This document shows positions 39,066 through 47,453 of a stretch of 64,000 nt of DNA, in pieces. A program made the position numbers and the translations under genes. Every line of letters begins with the position of its first letter. The stretch's first letter is position 1. The notes under the pieces were generated by a model. The model saw only the letters and a list, made by a program, of their open reading frames with translations, had not been told where the DNA came from and did not search any database. This DNA is from Dehalococcoidia bacterium (GTDB lineage Bacteria; Chloroflexota; Dehalococcoidia; Plut-88900), in assembly GCA_965197645.1 (NCBI GenBank), contig OZ240219.1, positions 1,536,001-1,600,000 on the forward strand, given 5' to 3'.

Positions 39066-39370
39066 GACTTCTTACTCGTCTGCCGGCGTATCCCCGTTCC
39101 GAGTTGCCCGCTGATGGTACAATTGCTTCCAGTGGCGCACATTGGGGAGGGGGTGCCGCCCGCGATCCAAAGCTCCCCGGCATCAACCCCTCTCAGACTT
39201 CTTGGAGATGTTGGAAAGGCGGTGGCCAGGCCATGAGGTTTCGTTCCGGGACAACCCTGCCAAGAGCCGAGGTCCGCCTTCGGGTTCACTGCGAGGAACG
39301 TAGTCTGGCATCGAACGGTTTCTGTTTACCGGTAGGGAGGATAAGCTAACTGGTGAGCAAGGAGTCGGGC

Positions 39371-39496
39371 TTGGCCGAGATGCAGGACAAGGTTGCCGCC
39401 CTGGAAACCAAAGTCGCTGACCAAGGCCGGGTGATCAAGGACCTTCAGGAGACCGTGCGAGAAGTCTTGATGAAGATAGCCCGTATCAAGTGGTAG
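39371..39496 (+). CDS. Small coiled-coil protein (41 aa), SlyX-like
   Basis: AAGGAG plus TTG; MAEMQDKVAALETKVADQGRVIKDLQETVREVLMKIARIKW; heptad pattern; 28 nt upstream of the first NIPSNAP gene. Confidence 0.55.
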   Translation: MAEMQDKVAALETKVADQGRVIKDLQETVREVLMKIARIKW

Positions 39497-39524
39497 AAGC
39501 AGAAGGCTGCAAAAGGAGGCCGCG

Positions 39525-39848
39525 ATGATTTACGAATACCGGGTGTATTACGCAGAGCCAGGCAAGATGAACGACCTCAACAACCGCTTTGCCAACCACA
39601 CCGACGCCTTGTTCGCAAAGCACAACATGAAATCGATCGGGTACTGGGTGCAGGAGGGCAAGCAGGAAGAGGTCCTGATCTATATCCTCGCCTTCGAAAG
39701 CAAGGAACAGATGGACAAGGCCTGGGACGACTTTGAGAAGGACCCGGAGTGGGCAACCGTGCAGGCCGAGAGCGAGACCAACGGACCCCTGATATCCGGG
39801 GTAGAAAACTTCATCATGTACCCCACCAGCTACTCGCCGTTGCAGTAA
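39525..39848 (+). CDS. NIPSNAP family protein
   Basis: MIYEYRVY..PGKM, GYW, YILAFES, AWDDF..DPEW, PTSYSPLQ. Confidence 0.92.
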   Translation: MIYEYRVYYAEPGKMNDLNNRFANHTDALFAKHNMKSIGYWVQEGKQEEVLIYILAFESKEQMDKAWDDFEKDPEWATVQAESETNGPLISGVENFIMYPTSYSPLQ

Positions 39849-39878
39849 GCGCAGAGAGCAAACCTCGGGAGGTGAACC

Positions 39879-40196
39879 ATGATCCACGAGCTCAGAACGT
39901 ACCACGTAGCCGAGGGCAAGATGGACGTCAACCACAAGGCTTTCACCGACGTCATCATCCCCATCCTCACAGAGCAAAAGGCCGGGTTCTCCGGGTTCTG
40001 GGAGCAGCAGGACAACGACAGGCGGACCTTCGTCTACATGCTGAGCTTCGACGATAACGACCACATGAAGCGGGCCTGGGGCAACTTCGGAGGGGACGAG
40101 AGGTGGAAGGGCTTCCTGGCCGGCCTGGGTGACGAAAAGGTCTGGGAAGGCACCGAGAGCGTTGTCCTGGAGTCTACCGAATACTCGAACGCGTAG
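39879..40196 (+). CDS. NIPSNAP family protein
   Basis: MIHELRTY, GFW, FVYML.F, AW..F..D.RW. Confidence 0.88.
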   Translation: MIHELRTYHVAEGKMDVNHKAFTDVIIPILTEQKAGFSGFWEQQDNDRRTFVYMLSFDDNDHMKRAWGNFGGDERWKGFLAGLGDEKVWEGTESVVLESTEYSNA

Positions 40197-40375
40197 GCGT
40201 CTCCGGCAATCGCTTGCTTCCACCCAGCAGAGAGTAAGACCTCTCAGCCCGGTGCGGCGTCCGTATCAAGACTCGTTTCCCCGTCGGTCCGACGGAATGC
40301 TTGACGGACTGGTGGGATGGTAATACCCTTGCCTCAATCTCCACAGTGTTTAGTTAGGACAGCGAGGAGGAACTC

Positions 40376-41686
40376 ATGGCGAAGATAGAAGAGAACTTCG
40401 ACGAGCTTGGCCAGTCCATACTGGACCACTACTGGATGCCCTACACCCAGTATGAGGACCAGGCGGCCGCGGGCGGCCCCAAGTTCATCGTCGATGCGGA
40501 TGGCATCCGCATGACGGACAGCGACGGAAACACCTATATCGATGGCATGGCGGGACTCGCACTGGTGAATGTCGGACACGGCAGAAGTGAGATCGCCGAA
40601 GCTGTGGCCGAGCAGCTCAACCACGTGCACTACGCCAACACCTTCGTGTACGGGTCGGTGCCCGTCGCCAAGCTGGCGGACAAGCTGGCCGATCTGGCCC
40701 CCGGCGACCTGAGCCGAGTGTTCCTCGCCAGCGGCGGCTCGGAGGCCGTGGACACGGCCCTCAAGATAGCCCGGCAGTACCACGTCAACAACGGCGAGCC
40801 CCAGAGGACCAAGATAATCTCCCGGCGCGGCTCCTACCATGGTGTGAGCATCGGCGCATTGAGCGTCAATACCGCCCCGGTGGTACAGCGAAAGGTATGG
40901 GAGCCACTGCTGGCGCCGATGCGGGCCGTGGGTCCGGACCCCGAGGAGGTGGCCGATCTGGTGAAGTTCGAAGGGCCGGACACCTTCGCTGCCTTCATCA
41001 CCGAGCCCATCAGCTTCAGCCGCGGCGTCGAGGTGCCCGACGACAGCTACTGGCCCCGGATGAGGGAGATCTGCAACGAGCACGGCATCATCATGATCGC
41101 CGATGAGGTGATCAACGGCTTCGGGCGCACCGGAAAGATGTTCGCCATGGAGCACTGGGGCGTAATCCCCGACATGATGACCTTCGCCAAGGGCGTGACC
41201 AGCGGATACATGCCGGTGGGCGGCGTAATCGCAAGCCCCAAGGTCTACGACGCCTTCAAGGGCGACGCTACCCAGACCTTCACTCACGGCTACACCTACT
41301 CAGGTCACCCTGCCGGAGCAGCAGCGGCCCTCGCCAACCTCGACATACTGGAGCGAGAGAACCTGGTGGACAACGCTGCAGAGGTGGGCGACTACCTTAT
41401 AGGGCAGCTTGGCACTCTGAAAGAGCACTCCATGGTCAAGGAGATCCACGGAATAGGACTGCTGACGGCCGTTCACCTGACCAAGGACAAGGCTACCGGG
41501 GAACCCCTGGACAAGACGGACCCGCGCGTAAAGAGCCTGGACGAGAAGCTGATGAGCAAGGGACTGCTGACCAGGAGCTTCCCCAACATCTCCCTCGCTC
41601 CACCTCTGAACATCACAAAAGAGGAAGTGGACGAGATGGTGGGGATCATCGACGAAGCCCTCACCGAGGTTGAATCCGGGAAGTAA
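40376..41686 (+). CDS. Class-III PLP aminotransferase (omega-amine/putrescine/taurine:pyruvate type)
   Basis: GGSEAVD, SYHG, DEVINGFGRTG, TFAKGVTSGYMP, HGYTYSGHP. Confidence 0.92.
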   Translation: MAKIEENFDELGQSILDHYWMPYTQYEDQAAAGGPKFIVDADGIRMTDSDGNTYIDGMAGLALVNVGHGRSEIAEAVAEQLNHVHYANTFVYGSVPVAKLADKLADLAPGDLSRVFLASGGSEAVDTALKIARQYHVNNGEPQRTKIISRRGSYHGVSIGALSVNTAPVVQRKVWEPLLAPMRAVGPDPEEVADLVKFEGPDTFAAFITEPISFSRGVEVPDDSYWPRMREICNEHGIIMIADEVINGFGRTGKMFAMEHWGVIPDMMTFAKGVTSGYMPVGGVIASPKVYDAFKGDATQTFTHGYTYSGHPAGAAAALANLDILERENLVDNAAEVGDYLIGQLGTLKEHSMVKEIHGIGLLTAVHLTKDKATGEPLDKTDPRVKSLDEKLMSKGLLTRSFPNISLAPPLNITKEEVDEMVGIIDEALTEVESGK

Positions 41687-41708
41687 CCTCTAGCTTACGG
41701 GAACTGAA

Positions 41709-41746
41709 AGAGGGGCCGTTCCACGGAACGGCCCCTCTGCTTTTTT
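41709..41746. terminator. Rho-independent terminator, probably bidirectional
   Basis: AGAGGGGCCGTTCC-AC-GGAACGGCCCCTCT followed by GCTTTTTT; between convergent genes. Confidence 0.88.
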
Positions 41747-41800
41747 GGCGGTAAAACAGCAGTCGCTTTGTGGTTACCCAGACGGCTGGCAGCCTTGTGA

Positions 41801-42853
41801 CTACCCTGATGGCTGGTCGTTCGTAATGCAGTGGACGCCGCCGCCCCAGTACCACAGCTCCAACGTCTCGACCATCACCACTTCCCGTCCAGGGAAGAAG
41901 CCTTTGAGCGTCTCTATAGCGGCGTTGTCCCACTCGGGCACTCCGAAGCCGGTCATAATGACGGCATCGTTGGCTACGTACCAGTTGGCGTAGTTGGCGG
42001 ACATGGGTACACCCTTGTACGTGACGCTGCCCGGTACATCCAGCCTGACCACTTCCAGGCCGGCATCGGCTACTATGGCGGCTGCTTCCTCGTAGACCCA
42101 GGCGTTTTCGGCCTGCTGGTCCACGTACCTGGGAATCACCACCGTATCCTCATCTATGAACCGGGTTATGGCATCCACGTGGCCGAGGGTGACATCGTCG
42201 GAGGGGCCGGAGAGGAGCCAGATCACATTCGACACTCCGAAGGCCTCCTTGAACAGCTCTTCCATCTCCTCCTGGCTTACACCCGCATTGCGGTCATTCA
42301 GCACAGACCAGGAGGTGATTAGCGTATCGACGCCGTTGAACTCCAGGGTGCCCCGTTCGTTGATCAGATCGTAGACCTCCCGCCGCTGTCCGACGGTGTC
42401 CGCCACGTATGACGGCACCGAGTTGTCCTTGGAGAACTGATGCGTCAGGTCTCCCCAACCATCGAAGCTCCAGTCCTGGACCACCAGGCCCGATCGGTCA
42501 ACGGCCCAGACCGGTCCGTTGTCCCTCATCCAGCTCCAGTCGTAGTCCGCTATGTGCCAGACTATGTTGTCCAGCGATATCTCACGATCTTGTAAGTACC
42601 GTTGAGCGGCGTCCCTGGCGGCGGCGCTGGCGACCAGCAAGTTGACCGGCTCGAACTGCTTGATGGCGCTGACGACGTTGGCGAAGTCCGCCCGGTGGCT
42701 GCTTTCTAATTCGCGAGGCCACTGCATCCAGGTTGCCTCGTGGGGCTCCCACTCCGCCGGCACCCGTACCGATGGGCCCTCCTCGGAGCACGCGGCCGCG
42801 AACAGGCTGGCCGTAAACAGGGATGCAAAGAGCAGCTTCCAGACAAGGCTCAT
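41801..42853 (-). CDS. Agmatine deiminase / PPAD-family protein with lipoprotein signal peptide
   Basis: PAEWEPH..TWMQWP, WMRDNGP, GHVD, NYAN, GGGVHCIT catalytic motifs; N-terminus MSLVWKLLFASLFTASLFAAAC-SEE. Confidence 0.88.
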   Translation of the reverse strand: MSLVWKLLFASLFTASLFAAACSEEGPSVRVPAEWEPHEATWMQWPRELESSHRADFANVVSAIKQFEPVNLLVASAAARDAAQRYLQDREISLDNIVWHIADYDWSWMRDNGPVWAVDRSGLVVQDWSFDGWGDLTHQFSKDNSVPSYVADTVGQRREVYDLINERGTLEFNGVDTLITSWSVLNDRNAGVSQEEMEELFKEAFGVSNVIWLLSGPSDDVTLGHVDAITRFIDEDTVVIPRYVDQQAENAWVYEEAAAIVADAGLEVVRLDVPGSVTYKGVPMSANYANWYVANDAVIMTGFGVPEWDNAAIETLKGFFPGREVVMVETLELWYWGGGVHCITNDQPSG

Positions 42854-42900
42854 CAGCGATCGATTATTCCCTCGCATCAATGCAGAGCCAGGCGGCCGGT

Positions 42901-44037
42901 CTAGTTCAGAGGGAATCCGTACAACCGGGCGGCGTTCTCGCCGACTATCTTCCGCTTGTCCTCCTCCGAGATGCCCTCGAAGGTCTCCTGGATGACCTCC
43001 TGGGAGTGGGGGAAGGTGCCTTCGTCGTGGGGATAGTCGCTGCCCCACATCATGCAATCTACGCCTGTGAACTCGATGTTGTGGAGCCCGATGGGGTCAT
43101 CCCCAAAGGTGAGGTATCCCTGGCGGCGGAAGAACTCGCTGGGCTTCATCTCCAATCGAGGGAGCTGCCACATATGACGCCGTTTGAACACATCGTCCAT
43201 GGCGTAAAGCGCCCATGCCAGCCAGCCGGTGCCGCACTCCACCAGCACGAACTTCAGGTCCGGGTGCTCCTGCAAAGCTGCGGAAGCCGTGAGCATGCTC
43301 AGGGGGCTCATCGCCTCCGCCATGCCGAGCACCATGCCGGTCAGGTCCTCGCCCCGCTGCTCCTTATCGACGATCTCTTCGTAGGGCTTGTCCACTTCCC
43401 TGGACTCGCTCGCGGTGAAGACGTGGAAGCTCATGGGGATGCCGCTGTCCTCGATGGTTTGCCAGAGGGGGCCGTATGCCTTCTCGGTGTACGGAAGGGC
43501 CGGTCTGCTGACCGGTAGGGATATGGATCGAAATCCCATGTCGGCCACCCGCTTGACCTCTTGCACCGCCCCGTCAACGTCGGAGGTCTGGATCACAGCC
43601 GATGGAACGAACCTGTCCGAGTGCTTGTGGAACGTGTCCGCGTACCAGTTGTTGTACAGCTTGGCCACCGCCGACTGGTACTCTGCGCTGGGCGAAGCGA
43701 AGACCCGGAGAATCCCGTTGGGGTAGATTACCTCGCCGGTGACCCCATCCTCTTCGATGTCGGCCAGCCGTTGGGGAATGTCGGCGCCGCCTGCCTGGTG
43801 AAATCCCCCAGACACCTCCTCGCCGCCTCGGAACTCCTTGCGCTTGTCGTCCTCGTTCATGGGCAGAGGCGCCTCCATCGGGTTGCGAGGGCCTATCCCG
43901 TCCACGACGTAGTAGTCTTTGCCGCTAATGTTCTCGATGCGCGGGGCGCGGCTCTTCAGGTGTTCCGGGAGCCCGTCGTATAGGTCCGCGGGCTCCTCGG
44001 CATGGGAATCGGCGGAGATCACCAGTAGCTCTGACAT
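42901..44037 (-). CDS. Amidohydrolase (Amidohydro_2 family)
   Basis: ISADSH, EVIYPN, SFH, WGSDYPHDEGTFPHS. Confidence 0.9.
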   Translation of the reverse strand: MSELLVISADSHAEEPADLYDGLPEHLKSRAPRIENISGKDYYVVDGIGPRNPMEAPLPMNEDDKRKEFRGGEEVSGGFHQAGGADIPQRLADIEEDGVTGEVIYPNGILRVFASPSAEYQSAVAKLYNNWYADTFHKHSDRFVPSAVIQTSDVDGAVQEVKRVADMGFRSISLPVSRPALPYTEKAYGPLWQTIEDSGIPMSFHVFTASESREVDKPYEEIVDKEQRGEDLTGMVLGMAEAMSPLSMLTASAALQEHPDLKFVLVECGTGWLAWALYAMDDVFKRRHMWQLPRLEMKPSEFFRRQGYLTFGDDPIGLHNIEFTGVDCMMWGSDYPHDEGTFPHSQEVIQETFEGISEEDKRKIVGENAARLYGFPLN

Positions 44038-44125
44038 AACAAACTCAACCCTTTCCGTTTTCCGATGTAACCGGGCCCGTTCACGTGAGTACGGTCTCGC
44101 CAGGCCTCGTCATTGTTGCCCGTGG

Positions 44126-45226
44126 CTAGCTGTCGGGAAAGCCGTACAACGAAGCCGAGTTGCCGTAGACTATCTTGCGTTTGTCCTCTTCCGATACGCC
44201 CTTGAAGGTATCCTCTATCACCTGCTGGGAATGAGGGAACGTCCCTTCGTCGTGGGGGTAGTCGCTGCCCCACAGCAGGGCTTCAGGGCCGATGAAGTCC
44301 AACATCTGCAGCGCCACCACGTCGTCGCTGAAGGTGGTATGACCCTGGCGCTTGAAAAGCTCGCTGGGTTTCATCTCCAGCTTAGGCTCTATCCACATAT
44401 GCTTGCGCTGGTATTGGTCGTCCAGGGTGTAGAGGACCCAGGGTAGCCAGCCTGCGCCGCACTCGACTATGACCATGTGGAGATTGGGGTGGCGCTGGAA
44501 TATGCCTGAGCTGACGAAGTGGCAGGCGGGATAGACGCCTTCGGCCATGCTGATGACCATGTAGGAGAGGAACCCGCCCAGGTTCTCGTCGCCGGCGTTG
44601 TCCGGCAGATGGTCGACAGTCCCTGTGTTGAAATGTAGGCTCAGAGGCATTCCGGTCTCCTCCAGGGCGTCCCACAGGGGCTCGTATACCGGGAGGTTGT
44701 AAGGCTGGTAGTCGATATGTATGGGTGAGCTGACCAGCTTGAATCCCTTCTTGGCTACCCTGTACACCTCTTTCACCCCTGCGTCCACATCGATGGTAGG
44801 GACTATGGCGGTGGGAGCGAATCGATCGGAGCGCTCACCGAAGACGTCAACCAGCCAGTCGTTGTAGCCTTGGGCCACGGCGAACTGGTAGGCGGGGTCC
44901 GGGGACATGAACAGGGGCAGCCCGTCGTTGGGATAGATCACCTCGGCCACGACCCCGTCCCTATCCTGGTCATTCAGCCGATGTTCGATATCCGTCCCGC
45001 CCGAGGGGTCTTCGCGAAAGTCCCGGTTCTTGTCGTCCTCGTCTATCTTGGACTCGGCGAGATCGAAACGCCGGGGCTTTCTGCCCTCCACGATGGACCA
45101 CTGCGCCCCGTCGATCTCCTCCATGCGGGGCAGCCGATGATGGTACTCGGCTGGGACACGGTCCTGGTACATTTCCGGCGGTTCCTGGACGTGGGAATCG
45201 GCCGAGATGGCTGGCATACGATCCAT
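44126..45226 (-). CDS. Amidohydrolase (Amidohydro_2 family), tandem paralogue
   Basis: ISADSHVQE, EVIYPN, SLH, WGSDYPHDEGT. Confidence 0.9.
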   Translation of the reverse strand: MDRMPAISADSHVQEPPEMYQDRVPAEYHHRLPRMEEIDGAQWSIVEGRKPRRFDLAESKIDEDDKNRDFREDPSGGTDIEHRLNDQDRDGVVAEVIYPNDGLPLFMSPDPAYQFAVAQGYNDWLVDVFGERSDRFAPTAIVPTIDVDAGVKEVYRVAKKGFKLVSSPIHIDYQPYNLPVYEPLWDALEETGMPLSLHFNTGTVDHLPDNAGDENLGGFLSYMVISMAEGVYPACHFVSSGIFQRHPNLHMVIVECGAGWLPWVLYTLDDQYQRKHMWIEPKLEMKPSELFKRQGHTTFSDDVVALQMLDFIGPEALLWGSDYPHDEGTFPHSQQVIEDTFKGVSEEDKRKIVYGNSASLYGFPDS

Positions 45227-45259
45227 TTCAGTCTCCCTTCTAACTGCTCTCTACAACCC

Positions 45260-46351
45260 CTAGTTGAAGCCGTACAACGAGGCCGAGTTGCCGTGGACTA
45301 TCTTACGCTTGTCCTCTTCCGACACTCCCTTGAACGTATCCTCTATCACCTGCTGAGAATGGGGGAACGTTCCTTCGTCGTGGGGGTAGTCGCTGCCCCA
45401 CAGCAGTGCTTCGGGGCCGATGAAGTCCAGCATCTGCAGCGCCACCGGATCATCGCCGAAGGTGGTGTGCCCCTGGCGTTTGAACAGCTCGCTGGGTTTC
45501 ATTTCCAGCTTGGGCTCTATCCACATGTGCTTGCGCTGGTACTGATCGTCCAGGGTGTAGAGGACCCAGGGGAGCCAGCCTGCACCGCACTCGACTACCA
45601 CCGTGTGGAGCTTGGGGTGGCGCTGGAAGATACCCGAGGTGACGAAGTGGCAGGCGGGATAGACCCCCTCGGCCATGCTGATGACCATGTAAGAAAGGAA
45701 CCCGCCCAGGTTCTCGTCGCCCGCATTTTCGGGCAAATGGTCCGTCGATCCCGTGTTGAAATGTAGGCTCAGGGGCATGCCCGTGTCCTCGAGGGCGTCC
45801 CACAGGGGCTCATACACTGGGAGGTTGTAGGGTTGTTGATCCAGGTGGATTGGGCTGCTGATCAGTTTGAAGCCCATGCCGGCCACCCTGTACACCTCTT
45901 TTACGGCTGCGTCCACGTCTATTACCGGCACCGCTGCAGCGGGAGCGAACCGGTCTGAGCGGGGGCCGAAAAGGTCTGCGGCCCAATCGTTGTAGGCCTC
46001 AGCTACCGTCATCTGAAACTGGGGGTCCGGCGCCGCAAACAGCATGAGGAGGCTGTTGGGATAGATGACCTCGCCCACGACGCCGTCCCTCTCCTGGTCC
46101 TTCAGCCGGTACTCGATATCCGTCCCGCCCGAGGGGTCCTGCCGGAACTCACGGTTCAGGTCATCCTCGGTAACGCCTTCGGCGGCCAGATCGAACCTCC
46201 TGTCCTTTCTGCCTTCCGCGATGAAGTACTCCGCCTCTTCTCGCACCTCGGTGTGGGGGATGCGGGAGCGAAACTCGGCAGGGACCCGGTCCTCGAAGTC
46301 CTCGTTCTCCTGAACGTGAGAATCGGCTGAGATGGCCTTTACGGTGGTCAT
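45260..46351 (-). CDS. Amidohydrolase (Amidohydro_2 family), tandem paralogue
   Basis: ISADSHVQE, EVIYPN, SLH, WGSDYPHDEGT; C-terminal half nearly identical to 44126. Confidence 0.9.
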   Translation of the reverse strand: MTTVKAISADSHVQENEDFEDRVPAEFRSRIPHTEVREEAEYFIAEGRKDRRFDLAAEGVTEDDLNREFRQDPSGGTDIEYRLKDQERDGVVGEVIYPNSLLMLFAAPDPQFQMTVAEAYNDWAADLFGPRSDRFAPAAAVPVIDVDAAVKEVYRVAGMGFKLISSPIHLDQQPYNLPVYEPLWDALEDTGMPLSLHFNTGSTDHLPENAGDENLGGFLSYMVISMAEGVYPACHFVTSGIFQRHPKLHTVVVECGAGWLPWVLYTLDDQYQRKHMWIEPKLEMKPSELFKRQGHTTFGDDPVALQMLDFIGPEALLWGSDYPHDEGTFPHSQQVIEDTFKGVSEEDKRKIVHGNSASLYGFN

Positions 46352-46419
46352 GAAAACCTCCTCACATAGTCGATACGATTCGGTACCCTGGTTGACATTA
46401 TATTACATACGGACCGTGT

Positions 46420-47403
46420 TTATCGGGTTTCCCGGCGGGCGACCCAACGGGGCTGGTCGCAGATCTTGCCCAGGAACTCCACTATGGTATGGGCGCCCAG
46501 ATAGGAGGTGACGCCCGTGCCGACGTCCAGCTCCGGGTTGACTTCGCACAGATCGAAGCCGACCACGTCGGTGTGCTCCGCCAATGCGGTCAGGCTGTCC
46601 CGCAGCTCCTCGTAGGTCATGCCGCCGGGTTCGGCCGAGACGCACCCCGGCACCAGCGACATGTCCAGAACGTCGATGTCTATGCTTACGTAACACTTGG
46701 CTTCTGCCGGCATCTCCTCCACCAGCGATCTGAAGCCTACGTCCCGAAACTGGCCCATCGTTACCACCCGGTTGCCATCGTCGATCGAGTCCTGAATGTG
46801 GGACTGGACGCTGCGTAAGCTCCGGATGCCCACCTGGGTTATTCCCTTGACGTTGTCCAGGGCGTGGATGTGACGAAAGGCGTGGGAGTTGGTGTACTGA
46901 AACCCGTGGGCGAAGGGCGAGTAGTCTATATGCGCATCGAAGTGCATGACATACAAGGGCCCGTCGTAGGCGCGGACCACGGGAAAGGAGATGGCGTGGT
47001 CGCCGCCCAGCACCACGGGCATGGAGCCCCTATCCAGGACGGCCCGGGTCAGATCGGTGATGTTGCGGAAGGTCTGCTCCGGGTTGGTGGGCAGGACATT
47101 GGCATCGCCCACGTCCACGATGCGTTTGTTCCCCAACTCGTACTCCAGGTACTCCTTCCGCTCCTGGGGGTTGAAGAATCCGGCGGAACCGAACCGCATC
47201 GATTGCTCGCGGAGGCCCCTAGGCCCGAAACGAGAGCCGGGAAGAAAGGGGGAGCCTTCATCGGTAGGGGCGCCCAAAATGGCAACGTCGGCGTCCAGAT
47301 TGTCCAGATCGGTGCATATCTCGGTCCTGAGAAACGATGGTATGCCGACGAAGGGGTAGGTCTTGACGCCCTGGGCTCCCGGCTTTGGCTGGCCTGTGGT
47401 CAT
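46420..47403 (-). CDS. Ureohydrolase (agmatinase/arginase family)
   Basis: GSRFGP, GGDHAIS, FDAHID, SIDIDVLD, EVNP. Confidence 0.9.
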   Translation of the reverse strand: MTTGQPKPGAQGVKTYPFVGIPSFLRTEICTDLDNLDADVAILGAPTDEGSPFLPGSRFGPRGLREQSMRFGSAGFFNPQERKEYLEYELGNKRIVDVGDANVLPTNPEQTFRNITDLTRAVLDRGSMPVVLGGDHAISFPVVRAYDGPLYVMHFDAHIDYSPFAHGFQYTNSHAFRHIHALDNVKGITQVGIRSLRSVQSHIQDSIDDGNRVVTMGQFRDVGFRSLVEEMPAEAKCYVSIDIDVLDMSLVPGCVSAEPGGMTYEELRDSLTALAEHTDVVGFDLCEVNPELDVGTGVTSYLGAHTIVEFLGKICDQPRWVARRETR

Positions 47404-47453
47404 TCTTTCCTCCAGGTGAACGTACCGGTCCAGGAGGGGACGGACGGGCTATT

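Noticed and set aside
39330-39352. c-di-AMP (ydaO) riboswitch suggested by GGTAGGG...AGCTAAC
   Set aside because: The other conserved segments (CCCGAACCCGUC, GGGGAACC) are missing.
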